Counted from the first letter of the stretch, positions 13,981 to 27,279 are shown. The stretch is 64,000 bases of DNA from Octopus sinensis (GCF_006345805.1 NC_042999.1:4402001-4466000); one strand, 5' to 3'. Notes: a model not told the origin generated them from the sequence alone. Program-made: numbers and translations.

Positions 13981-15559
13981 ATTTACCTGCAAAATTTACT
14001 TTTTGGATAAATCCTTAATACAATCTACATCTTTTTGAAAATTATGTGCAACTTCTAATGAAAATAATCTGGTAACTGTGAAAGGAATCCTCTATGTGGT
14101 CACTTAGCTTGTTAGAAAAAGCAGTTAAACTTTCCTCAAATCATGCAACTTGTCATAAAAAAAGGATAATGCAGCATTATGCGAAAATATGGGATGTGTG
14201 ATGCTGGAACACCTATTGTGATCAGAGATCATCTGATCAGGTCTGACCTTACATTCAGCAACTACCACAGTTACACTGTGTTACATGCCTGGCTGAGAAG
14301 TAATAACTTTGTAAGTGATTGTGTAACTGACTCCTGAGCATTGGACAAAATACTTTGCAGTATATCTCCCAGCAATTTACATTTTACGTTCATATGTCAA
14401 CTTTGCCTTTCATCTCTCTGGGTTCAATAAAATAAATCACCAGTCAAGTACTGAGGTCAGGGTTAGGGTTAGGGTTGAAATTTCAGTCCTTCTGCCTAAA
14501 CAAATATTTGAGATCTCACAATAATAATGGTTTCTTACTGAGGCTCAAGACAGGAAGAGCTTTTTATATCAACTGCTAGTACTTGATAGGGACTTATTTC
14601 ATCAACCCAAGAAGGATAAAAAGCAAAGTTGATGCCAGCAAAATTTGAACTCCTAATGTAAAATTTCAAAACTAAATACTATCAGCCATTTTTTTCTGAT
14701 GCTCTTCTGATTCTGCCAAATTCACTTCCCTAGACCTATTGGTAATAATAGCTTCAAATTTTAGCACAAGGCCAGAAAGTTCAGTAAGAAGAGTAAGTTG
14801 ATTATATCAACCCTAGTGCTCAACAGGTACTCAATTTTCCAGCCCCAAAAGATGAATGACAAAGTCAACCTCAGTGGAATTTGAACTCAGAACTTAAAGA
14901 AACAAAATGCTGCTAAGCTGGCTTGCCAATGATTCTGCCAGCTCTCTGCCTTCTGTCTTAAACCTAGTGGTAATAATAACTATATAACAGATATTGCATT
15001 ATATATATCATTAGAAACCTATCAGCTATCACCGTACAACCTACCTATCTACCTACCTACAAAGAGGTTGGTCGGATGCCAACATAGACATTAATACTAG
15101 TTTAATGTTCATGTTGTTATGGTGACATAATATTCCCTGTGTGGTGTGAGTAATTATCAACAACAAGAGGAATTATTCTCATTTATATTCGTTAAGTATA
15201 GGATCAAATGAATCAATTGGAGATTATAGTTAATTTATCACAGCAAACTGGTATATCATGTTATTGGGCTTCATTTAGCACGGTCGTTTTGTAAATACCA
15301 CATTAGAATCTGTGATAATTAGTAGATATTATTACGGAAATCAATCTTCAAGTTGTTGACGGTAGACACTAATACCCTGTCTAGATGTGAATATTGCTTT
15401 CGAGTATCTTTAATGAAGCGATTTAATGGTGATAAAGGTTTGTCTTTTTCTTTCCCACCAGAACCTGAACGAAATAAACTTACCACTTCTCAAATACACA
15501 CACACAAACACACATATACACACATTCACACAATCATCATCATCATCATCATCATCTAT

Positions 15560-15720
15560 TATCTTTCACTTGTTTCAGTCATTAGACTGTGGTCATGCTG
15601 GGGCACCACCTTGAATCAACCCCAGTACTTCTTTTTTAAGCTTGGTACTTATTCTATCAGTCTCTATGCCAAACTACTAAGTCATGGGGACATAAACACA
15701 CTGACGCCAGTTGTCAAGCA

Positions 15721-15760
<40 letters not shown>

Positions 15761-16317
15761 GGTGGCTTCTTTCAGTTTCCATCCACCAAATCCACTCACA
15801 AGTCTTTGGTTAGCCCAAGGCTAGAGTAGTAGGCACTTTTCCTAGGTACCACGTATGGGACTGAACCCAGAACCATGTGATTGGGAAGCAAGCTTCTTAT
15901 GTTTTTATTTTATCATCTTTCATTTCTTACCTGTTTCAGTCATTAGACTGCGACCATGCTGGGGCACCACCTTGAAGAATTTTTAATCAACTGAATTGAC
16001 CCCAGCACTTTTTTTTTTTGTTAAACCTGGTACTTATTCTATCAGCTTCTTTTGTCAAACTGCTGAGTTACAGTGATATAAAGACACCAAAACCAGTTCT
16101 CAAGTGGTGCTGGGGACAGACACAAACACAAATCCATTCATACACACACACAAATATATGACGAACTTCTTTCAGTTTCCATCTATCAAATCCACTCACA
16201 AGGCTTTGGTCAGCCTAAGGCTATTGTAGAAGACACTTGCCCAAGGTGCCATGCAGAGGGACTGAGCCTGGAACCTTGTGGTCGAGAAACCAGCTCCTTA
16301 CCACACAGCCACAGCCA
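15560..16317 (-). mobile_element. Two older tandem SINE family 1 copies
   Basis: Diverged copies at about 15560-15900 and 15925-16317; further old copies at about 3180-3400, 6395-6905, 24240-24450, 28950-29367 and 37740-37905. Confidence 0.75.
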
Positions 16318-18157
16318 TCCCTCAACACTTGTTCTTCATAATATTCATGCTCTCACCTATCCCCTATCTCTTACTCTTTTATACACCCTTGCAACCTCTT
16401 CCCATCCACTCTTCCCTTTTCTCCTGTCCCCACATGCATCTACTCACTTCATGCCTTGAGGGTCTGCCCAGACACCTCACCTTTACTATTTTATCTCTCT
16501 TCCCAGCTTCACCCTGGTCACTCATAGCCTCTCTTCTAAAATGTGAGTAACCATGTGGATCCTCTACATCAAGAAACCCATTCTGTTCTGGCGTTTTCTC
16601 TCACACTTTAATCAGTCGAGTGGGTTGGTTGATTGGGTGGTTGGTTGGTTGGTTGGTTGGTTGGTTGGTTATGGTCTCAAGTTCAATCCTGCTTTGGAGA
16701 AGTGTCTTCTGCTCTAATCCTCAGGCCAACCAACACCTTGGAAGTGGATTTGGTAGACCAAAAGAAGCCTCTCAGATGTGTTCATGTGTGTGTGTGCACA
16801 CATACATGTGCACCATGTGTGCATGTGCATGTTTCTAGGCATCACGTGATGCTTGAAAAGGAGCATCATCATCATTCAACCAATGTTGTCCATTTCTAAT
16901 CTTTCATGAAAAAGATATCTGACCATGGGGAGGTACTTACATTACTTAGAAACAGGTGAAGGTTGATGACAAGAAAGGCATCCGACCATAGATAGTCTGC
17001 CTCAACAATTTCCATCCAACCCATGCAAGGGTAGAAAAATCGATGTTGAATAAGGGTATGTATACATACATACATATGCATATGTGTATGAATGTATGTA
17101 TATGCATATGTGTATGAATGTATGTATACATATGCATATGTGTATGAATGTATGTATGTATGTCATTATTCAATTTTATTTCAAGATTTCTTGCCAATAG
17201 AAAAAGTGCCAGTTTCTAACCTAGATCCAAGGCTCCTTCAATGGAATTTCAACAACATCAATAGGATATTATTACATGTATTTGTGTATAAGTGCAGTAT
17301 TTGGAATCACTGCATGTGCAGGATTGTATGTTTTGCTTTATGAATGTATTCTCATGAATATAGTTGCATGTCTATATATGTGTATAAATGTATGTCTGAA
17401 GGAATGGTATATACATCAGAATAATCACAAAACCAAATGTTGATAGTTTGAAAGCAGTTCAAAATATTTAGAAATGTTGACTAACATGGGTATTATTATG
17501 TAACAGTTATCTTAAATAACTTCTTGAAATATTTGCAACTAAATACATTCAAAATATCAATATTTAGTTTTGTGATTATTCCAATATGGCACAATTCATA
17601 TTTACAACAATCTGGCCTGTCCTTGCTCAGATAGTACGGTTATAAAGCAACAATATAAGAATGAAAGGTTAAACTGAACACTGGTAAAGGGTATTGAATC
17701 AAAGGATGCTACTGAGTATATGTGTGAGTGTATGTGTGTGTGTGTGTATAAGAGAGACAGATAGACAGACAGATAGGCACCCACATATTATATTTAGCAT
17801 AAATGGAAACCTGAATAATGTCAATTGGCAAAGGTGGAATTTATGTTGCCATTTTGTAAGCTGACCTTTAAAATATAATTTCTTGACCAAAATTCTCTTC
17901 ACTGATTTTAAAAATAAATACATGAGGACATTAATTGAAATCTGGCAGATATTATATAAACCAAAAGAGCAAAATTTGTTTTTGTTACTTACCTGCAATA
18001 AATACCAAGCTAATTTTATTTGTTTATCTTCTGGAAAAGAGACAAGAATTTTGCTTTAATTATTTCGTTTTAGTCTATGCCAAAACTAATCTGTATATAC
18101 TTGCTTTATATTCTAAATGATAAAAATAAGATTAAATATAAATATATTTATTTTTAC

Positions 18158-18220
18158 AGTGACTTCAAAGTTTCAGTTTACTACCTGTAATAGGTAGTAA
18201 GATGAGACTTTGAAGTCACT
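18158..18220. repeat. 29-bp stem hairpin
   Basis: agtgacttcaaagtttcagtttactacct-gtaat-aggtagtaagatgagactttgaagtcact; 2 G.U and 1 mismatch on the + strand. Confidence 0.9.
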
Positions 18221-18363
18221 ATCAACCTTTTCCTTGTAGAAGTTAATACATTTGTGTGATACTAAAAGTATTGAGTGATCCTTCAATTTCATGTGAAATT
18301 GATTTTATATATCACTTTACATATAAACAATCATTAATACATATGAATACATATATACATTTA

Positions 18364-18395
<32 letters not shown>

Positions 18396-18833
18396 GAATG
18401 GTTTATACCAGGTAGCTTACTGGTAAAGTATGATCACTTTCACAGTGTTCGTTACATATATGGAAATAATTGCCGTGATTAATAGAAATTCTCATATTTT
18501 CCATCTTCTGCCTTTCATTTACCATATACATATTTATATATGTATATAAATATTGATGATGATATATATGAATATTATATATATATATATTAATTTATAT
18601 AAATAAGGATAAGGTTGTTATTTAAAATACTGATCATATCAAGTGGTGAGCATGGGAATAATAATCCTCATAGGTAATAATTATTATTAAAATTATAATT
18701 AAGGGTATCTAAAAGATACCACAATGCTAGATATAGCAGCCAAAACTTGAATCTAAAACCACATTAAAATGTTCATACAGCACCAGGAGAGAAGACAAAG
18801 AGACAAAATAAACTAGAGAAAAATTATTGCATA

Positions 18834-18891
18834 ATTCCAGATCCCAGATTTCTGGCTTTGCATAAGAAATGCTTTGCCTCATCAGTGGAAT
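18834..18891 (-). ncRNA. Type I hammerhead ribozyme motif with one extra A before G12
   Basis: Minus strand: ATTCCA-CTGATGA-GGC aaa GCAT ttctt ATGC aaa GCC-a-GAAA-TC tgg GA-TC-TGGAAT. All three stems pair; AUC cleavage triplet. Confidence 0.65.
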
Positions 18892-19357
18892 ATACACAAA
18901 ATAGTACATAAATACAAATATATATATATACAACATACGTGGCATGTAAAAAGCACTCACTACACTCATGGAGTGGTTGGCGTTACAAAGGGCATCCAGC
19001 TGTAGAAACACTGCCAGATCAGACTGGAGCCTGGTGCAGCCTCCTGGCTTCCCAGACCCTGGCTGAACCGTCCAACCCATGATAGCATGGGGAACGTACG
19101 TTAAACGATGATGATGATGATGATGATGAACACTTACATATATGCACATACACACACATATATATATGCATGTATGCACACGACCAGTTTGAATTTAATA
19201 TTTATATAAATATTATATATATATCATGCAATATTAATAAGAATATTAATAACCAGTTGTTAAAACTCAATATGCTTATGTTTTAGAGTAAAATATCAAG
19301 AGAGAGTGTAATATCAATTAATGAATGACAACAGAACAAAAGCTATGTAATCACTTA

Positions 19358-19447
19358 CATCAGCTTACAGCTGTTTCTGTTATAAGAAGCACTGCACTCA
19401 GCTCTATGTGTATTGCTTCTTATAGCAGAAACATTTGTAAGCTAATG
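19358..19447. repeat. 40-bp stem hairpin with 10-nt loop
   Basis: catcagcttacagctgtttctgttataagaagcactgcac / gtgtattgcttcttatagcagaaacatttgtaagctaatg; 3 G.U and 3 mismatches on the + strand. Confidence 0.85.
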
Positions 19448-19486
19448 AAAAGGATTACATAACTCCTGTTCTGTTTTCATTAATTG

Positions 19487-19519
<33 letters not shown>

Positions 19520-20019
19520 GAGTGAGAGAGAGAGAGAGGTGGCGGGAGAGTTCATTTTTAAGTCTGAGATGACACCATTATTTTGTTTTGAGTTATTCTT
19601 CACAGTTTGTCCATGACTGAGATTAACTCTCATATCCCTAAATAATTAGTTGTAAGCTCCTATACTTGTATAGATGTTTAGCTTTTGTTTCATACAAAGA
19701 TATTTAATTCTATTTCACTCAATTGACCTTACTGTTCTTTTATTCTTTTACTGATTCCAGTCATTGGACACCTGGTTCCATTCTAGGGCTTTGTTTTTGT
19801 AATTGATGGCAAGAAATAGCTATGATTTTTATACAAATATCTTCGCAACAATTTCCTAGCTCTTTCTTCTGAACATGCTGTGTATCTCATCTTCTTAATA
19901 CTACATAAACTAATATTAAACACCTGCTTTGTGAACTTCTGAAACTCATTAAATGATTGATTCGATTTAAAGTTTTGCATAGTCAAATATCAAGTTTCTC
20001 TTCTGGAAAATCTAAATGC

Positions 20020-21400
20020 ACTTATTGTTGCTTTTAGCTAGGATCTTGGAGGAAAATGCAGTGTAAAGAAAATAATTAGAGCTGTCTCAATATCTCTCTA
20101 ACTTATACTAAAGCCATTTGCAGAACACCTATTGATATTTAACATTGTTAAGTTCATTATTTACTGCCTTTTACTTTATGGCTTGATAAACTTCCTAATT
20201 CAAACAATGCTAAGCATAAGTGAAAACTGTCACAATATTTTCTGAAAGAGTTGGCAGAATTAAGTGGAAGATTGTAAATGCAATCACACTGTATGATTTC
20301 TACAAGACCTCTGGATATGATATCACCAAGGGAAATTACTTGACATCACTCTCCAGTGTGTCATGTTCTCATTAGCTTTTGCAATATTTCACTGTAAATG
20401 AGGTTATTGATGCTGCTTGCATGTATAGTGGAGATTAACCTCAATACAAAGTGGTTCTGTTTAGAGAGAAATAAAGAGTCTATGTGTGTTACAGTTTTAT
20501 GTAATCTTAGGAATAAGAGATCTATATTATAAAACCTTCAATTCACTCAGAATATAAATTACTCTATTCTAATGCTAATTATCTCTTTAGCAATAATGGG
20601 ATTTTCACCTATGGGGAGATGGATGTTTCAAATAATACTGAATGGTTGAAAAATTTGTGACCCACCAAAATTAGAGACAATCAAAAGCTTAGACTGATTT
20701 CTAGCGTGCTTCTTATGATTGTTTTAAAATTGGTTTTATTTTAATAGACTGAGACTAAATTTTGTAATTCTATTATTCGATATCTTGCAAATAAAAAGAA
20801 GAATATTTGCATTCGGAAAGAGAGAAAAAAAAGAAACTATAAATCAGGCAATTGAAGTGTAGATATATTTAAAAATGAAAATGTATTTATTCTTAGAAGA
20901 TAAGCATAATGATGCTTAAAGATCAAATATTAGTTACATAGAAATCATTTAATAAGAACAGATAAAAAAACAAATATTATTAGAAGCAAAGTTTAACAGA
21001 TAATAACATCAGATATTCAAAAATATTCATCAGCAAGCAGACGAATCTCAAGTCTCTAAGAATTAACTGTTCCAAAATAATTACTAAATACTAAAGTTGC
21101 TATGCTTGATATCAGTTTTACATTGGTGCCATTGTCAAAGACAGTAAAATGTGTCAGACAGAGAAGAACATTTACAGTAAAAATGTCAAAGAAGAAATTT
21201 AATAATAGCGTTAGATAGTAAACTATTTCTGGCAGTAATTGAACTCTCGTTTATTTTTTTCTGAACCATATTCAATCAATAGTTGACATTTTTACTGATA
21301 TCTGTATCACTATTTACTACATTGTATTAAATCATTTGCATTCTGAAAATGGCTGAGGCATTTACTTTCAAACTGTGTCTTCCTCTTTGATATCTCATGA
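20020..21400 (+). mobile_element. Possible highly decayed Ty3/Gypsy pol remnant
   Basis: Scattered motif-like remnants in RT-RNaseH-integrase order (AIF..M, Y.GD, AF....KNY, C.T, AF.KW.EA); many stops and frameshifts. Confidence 0.3.
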
Positions 21401-23706
21401 AAAACTCAGGAAATTTTCAAATTAAGAAAGTTGTGCTCATATTATTACTAGGGATTCTTTTTGAAAAGAAAAAAAAGGCATGTTTTTCATGTAGCTCAGT
21501 TTAGTATTGACTTCCAGTAAGAGGTTACATGTACTTCAAACATCTCTTCCTGATCTGTTAAAAATGTCAATCGTTTAGTTTTTCTTATGTGATTGATCAG
21601 CTTCGACATTAGCTCAAGACCAGTTAACAGTTATTATCAGAAGTGCCCAGAAAAAGTGTAGCTCCAAAACCATGAAAAAGCCTGCCAGTAGGTATTAAAA
21701 AATTACAAACTTCAAAAGTACACTGAAACATTCCAGAACATTATTTTCCAAACTAGATATAACGTGTTCATAATGTTTTGTACTATTGAAATGTAACACC
21801 TCTTACATTGGCTCTCAGAACAGTATTAGCATTGCTATCATTTACAATTGACAGTAAACAAAAACAAAAATGATAAAGTAATCAACATTAATGAGCTTTA
21901 GGATACATTTTCTCATTACAAGTCTTGTATTTTTTTGGTTACAAAATGTCTTTGATATATTTGACTGTACATATCCCAACCTTCAACTGAATCTAACATC
22001 TTGAAATACTGTTGTCAATACATTGAAGATAACTTGTTCCTTGCTGTTACTGTATTCATACTAAAATATGCTTCCTTTGAGTCAATTAATTTTTAAAATA
22101 ATGAAGAAATTATTAAAATAACTTTATCATTATTGAGCTGATGTTTGGGATGCAAGTATACATAAATTTTGATAATAGGTTTTAATTTAGGTCACTTTAA
22201 AACAAGGAATACATTTATTAGAACCATTTGAGTGTGGCCGTTGCCAGTATCGCTAGAATGGCCCTCGTGCCGGTGGCACGTAAAAGCACCCACTACACTC
22301 TCGGAGTGGTTGGCGTTAGGAACGGCATCCAGCTGTAGAAACTCTGCCATATCAAGATTGGAGCCTGGTGCAGCCATCTGGTTCACCAGTCCTCAGTCAA
22401 ATCATCCAACCCATGCTAGCATGGAAAGCTGACGTTAAATGATGATGATGATGATGATGAAAGGTGGTTTGAGGTGGGTTAGTATTAAGAGGGTTATTAA
22501 TATCTAAGTTCAAAGTTTTTTCATGAACTCAGAATTTTAATCATTTCTCATCTTAATATCTACAGCTCAAATAGACAATAGCTGGCAGAATCATTAGCAT
22601 AATGGACAAAATGCTTAGCAGCATTTCATCTGTCTTTTGTGTTCTTAGTTCAAATCCTGCCAAGGTCAACTTTACCTTTCATCCTTTCAGGCTTGATGAA
22701 ATAAGTACCAGTTGTGCACTGGGGTCAACATAATCAACTAAACCCCTACCCCTCAATTCCAGGCATTATCCCTATTGTAAAAGGGAATATCTACAGCACA
22801 ATTCATACAATTTCATAAATTTCATAAACACTGCTATTTATAACTTTATCTGCTTTGAGACCCACCATTCCAAAAATCATTGCAAGATCAGTTTTCCTCG
22901 TGAAAAAAAAAATCTGTGTATAACACGACATCTCTCAAACGTAGTAATTTGTAGATTCAGAGGAAACCTTGAGAGTATAATGCATTACATATTGTTTAGT
23001 AATGACTGACTCATAATTAATTCATCAGCTGTAAGCTTGATGAATTGATTATGTAATTTGTTTTCTTTTGATTTTTATTCATATGTATGTATAAACTCTC
23101 ACACACATGTTTATATATATGTGGTAAAAAAAAACAAGAATGAACAATTCAAAAATTTTGCTACACATATCATCATAGAGTGGCCATTTATTCAATAATG
23201 CATGATATTACATATTACATTAATTTTACATTACTATATTGCCTACTGAAATGGTGTTGGTATGTAATAAAGTAAATTTATGCAACATCATGTAGCACTA
23301 TGCATTACTGAATAAATGACCGTGCTTTGGAAACACATGTAGCAAAATTTTGACCTGTCCTGTCTTGATTTTTTTTACTCAATTTTACACTGCATAATAT
23401 GTGCAGTATCTTGTTGCTGCGTAAATGGATTTACAGGACACCCAGTATCATTATACAATAGTTTCACATTGCACTGACCACTATATTGAATAGTTGATTG
23501 ATCGGGAGTATTTACATATTCCTCCTGAGTATCATGTTAGCCTTATATATGTTGGGGTGCGACCAAGTAAATTGCTAGGACCATTTAGCTTCACACCACT
23601 CAATGTATATATATACAAATGGATACATAAGTAAATAGATAGATAGATGGATAGATAAATACATTGATAGAGAGATAGATAGACAGACTGCCATTATTGT
23701 TTTCAT

Positions 23707-24233
23707 GTATAATTACCAACACAGGAACATGTATCATATATCAAAATGAAGCTGGTTCTCTGTGGCTCACATCCCTACTTCTCAACATAGTCACCATTTC
23801 TCTCAATAGCAATGTTCCTCCTTCGAATGAGAGCATGTATTCCTGCCCCATAAAATTCTGTTGACCATTCTTTGAGCCACTTCTTTACTACAGTTTTCAC
23901 TTCCTTGTCCCTGGAATAATGTTTGCCTCTCAAACCTTCATTCATGGGGCCCGAAGAGATGATAATCCAGTGACGATGATAGTCCAGTGATGAGGAAGTG
24001 AAAACTGTAGTGAAGAAGTGGCTCAAAGAACAGTCAACAGAATTTTACGGGGTAGGGATACATACGCTCATTCAAAGGTGGAACATTGCTATTGAGAGAA
24101 ACGGTGACTATGTTGAGAAGTGGGATGTGATCCACAGAGGACCAGCTTCATTTTGATGTATGATACATGTTCCTGTGTTGGTAATTATACCTGTCCTAAA
24201 CAAAATGGCATTACTTTTTGACTCACCCTCGTA
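23707..24233. mobile_element. Mariner transposon 3' end duplicated in inverted orientation (MITE-like derivative)
   Basis: Minus ORF gives GPMNEGLRGKHYSRDKEVKTVVKKWLKEWSTEFYGAGIHALIRRRNIAIERNGDYVEK (mariner transposase C-terminus). The same segment recurs on + at 23983-24190 and ends in a mariner-type TIR ...GGCATTACTTTTTGACTCACCCTCG followed by TA. Confidence 0.88.
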
Positions 24234-25393
24234 CATATGTGTGCATGTGTGTGCGCCTTTGTGTCTGTGTTTGTCCCACCACCATTGCTTGACAACCAGT
24301 ATTCATGTCTACATCCCCATAACTTAGTGGTTTGGCAAAAGTGTCTGATAGAATAAGTACCAGGCTTTAAAAAGAAAAAGTTGGTTATTGGACTAAAACA
24401 CTTTGAGTTGGTGCCCCAGCATGGTTGCAATCTAATGATTGAAACAAGTTTTAAAAAAAGAATAAATTTGTTGGAGGGAAGATAGATAAGAGTAGGTAAT
24501 CACTGCAAAGACTGAGTAGATGTGGTTGGGGAGTGGACGTTGATGGACAAGAGGCTGGAGTGGTCAGTGATACAAATGGTTTGGAGAGGAGGAAACAGGA
24601 GTAGGAGATGACTGACAGAAAGGGGTGAGTAGATTAGTAATAATGACACAATTGACAGGGAAAAGATGAGAGAAAGAGTGATGGTATGTGGGTGGATTGT
24701 GTGTGTGTGTGTGTGTGTTTGTGTGTAAGAGAAAATTTTGGCCTTAGAGAGAGAATTGATCAAGGATGGTCGTTGCTCACAACTTTTCAATGCAGAACTT
24801 TCAACTTTAACAGGAAAATCCTGCAGCTTTTTATTGCTAATAACTTAATGTAACTTCTCGTTGCTCAATAAAAGAACAAAAAAAAAATGACCTGACTGCT
24901 TTAGAAAGATATTTGAAACTTAGAAATCAATTGACTAGAACTAAAAAAGCTCTCTCGACCAGTTTAGGATTTCATGCTTCAGCAACCACAAGTGATATTG
25001 GTCAGCATACAAGAAATAATTTAATATTATGTTTTAGTAGCATGGCTAGTGGGGGCACAAGAGAATTAGTTGTATTTCAGGCAGGCATACACTTCCATTT
25101 CATAGAGTTGAAGTACACAAATGCAGTACACAGTTCTTCCAATCAATATCCAGCAACAGTAGTCAATAGGAATGGATAAACTGTTAGTCTGAGAGCATGA
25201 TTAGTACTGAAACTATTTGAATATGTAAGTCAGGGGGAGAGATTATGAGACACATGCCACCCTCTGAGAGTTGAAAAATTAACAAAAGCTCGATATTAGT
25301 TCCAACATCTGTTAGGCACTTTTGCATCCAAAACTACAATAGTATAATGGATAATTTTGTTTCTTTTGTTGGTTTTTCAGTGTGTGCTTGTGC

Positions 25394-25445
<52 letters not shown>

Positions 25446-25595
25446 AGAAGGATACATGATGCATATACATATATGTTAAAAAGCACACAACGCATGGTTA
25501 TATTAATACACATGATATATGACATGCATATATGTATGTATGAGATGTGTGTTGTGTGCGTGTGTGTGTGTGCATGTAGATAAATAGATGTGTGT

Positions 25596-25630
<35 letters not shown>

Positions 25631-25971
25631 GTATATATGTACATGTTCATGTGCATGTATAATTGTGTATATAATGTGTGTACACATACATATATACATA
25701 TGTACACACATATATATACATATACATAAATATATGCACAATTCACATGCACATAGACACACACATAAGCACACACACACACACACACATGTATCTTTGT
25801 TAGAAACCAGCTTCTTCCTCAGAGGAATAATTAAAAACAGAAGAGAACACACACACACACATGCATATACACATACCTACATACACATATACATAAATAC
25901 TTACATACACATACATACATGCCTGTGTGTGTATGTTATGCTAATTCATTGTTTTTTGCTGACTTTTGCAG

Positions 25972-26033
25972 ATTCGGGTTTCTAAAAGACGTTACCACTA
26001 CTACTATAACAATATAGCTGGATTTCCTTTCAG
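25972..26033 (+). CDS. CACNA2D: alpha2-delta exon B (IRVSKRRYHYYYNNIAGFPF-S), phase 0-2
   Basis: Acceptor ttttttgctgacttttgcAG, donor CAG|GTAAGA. Matches the recalled CACNA2D3 motif RVLVMTNDYYYTDIKGTPFS. Confidence 0.9.
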
Positions 26034-26365
26034 GTAAGATTCTCTCTCTCTCTACCTCTCTCTCTCTCTCTCTCCCTAATTGTCTTTCTTCTTCTTTTCC
26101 TCCTCATTCTCCTGACTTTTATTATCATTATTATTATTAATATTATAATTATTAAGGCAGTGAGCTGGCAGAATCCTTAACACACCAGATGAAATGCTTA
26201 GTGGCATTTCCTCCTTCTTCAATTCTGAGTTCAATTTCCACTAAAGTTGACTTTGCCTTTCATCCTTTCGGGGTTGATTAAATAAGTACTGGTGGAGCAC
26301 TGAGGTCAATGTAATCAACTATCCCCTCCCCACAAATTTCAGGCCTTGTGCCAAGAGTAGAAAAG

Positions 26366-26400
<35 letters not shown>

Positions 26401-26456
26401 CTCTTATCTCCCTTGCCCTCCTCTCTCTCTCCCTAAAGGCACACACACACATGCAT

Positions 26457-26498
<42 letters not shown>

Positions 26499-26821
26499 GC
26501 ACTCTGTTGGTTTTGGTGATGAGTGTTCCATTTGGTTCACTCAATGCAACAGCCTGCTCATGAGATTAATGTGAAAGTGGCTGAGCACTCCACAGACACG
26601 TATACCCTTAATTCAATTCTCGGGAAGGTTCAGCATGACACAGAATGTGACAAGGCTGGCCCTTTTGAAATACATGTACAACTTAATTTTGCTAGATGAG
26701 CAATGTAAAATAAAGTGTCTTGCTCAAGGACAAAATGTGCTGCTGGGAATTGACTCCATGACCTTATGATCATGGTCCAAATATCCAGACCACTAAATCG
26801 CACTTCTTCATTCACACACAT

Positions 26822-26856
<35 letters not shown>

Positions 26857-27246
26857 CATGCACACTCACATATGCACATACACACACATACATAGTGAAT
26901 TCTCCATCATTATCAATAATGGCCATTCATTCTTTAGTTGATCGAATTCCTACTCATGAAGATTCACTTTAAGTAGCTGAGTATTCCACAGACAAACACA
27001 GCCTTAATATAATTCTCAGGCCAACTCCATGGGACACGATGGAACAAGACTCATCTTTTGAATTTAGAGAGAAAGAGAAAGAACAAGATGGAGAGAGGCA
27101 GAAGCACAAGAATGGATGTTCAATACTGGACTGATATTTTTATTCATTTCTTGCCAATGGAGAAAGAGACTGTTTCGATCCTAGATCCCAGTCTCTTTCA
27201 TTGGAATTTCAACATCAACAACAGGGTATTTTTGTTTGCTAGTATG

Positions 27247-27279
<33 letters not shown>

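Noticed and set aside
15350-15438. Open exon-like stretch in non-repetitive intron sequence
   Set aside because: No alpha2-delta similarity, phase-incompatible with the 0-0 intron, and weak splice sites.
17975-18005. Minus-strand ttattgcAG|GTAAGT resembling a recursive splice site or antisense exon end
   Set aside because: Wrong strand for the host gene, and no partner exons found for an antisense gene.
18191-18212. let-7 or miR-196 family miRNA
   Set aside because: Only a short AGGTAGT match, on the 3' arm; the rest does not match.
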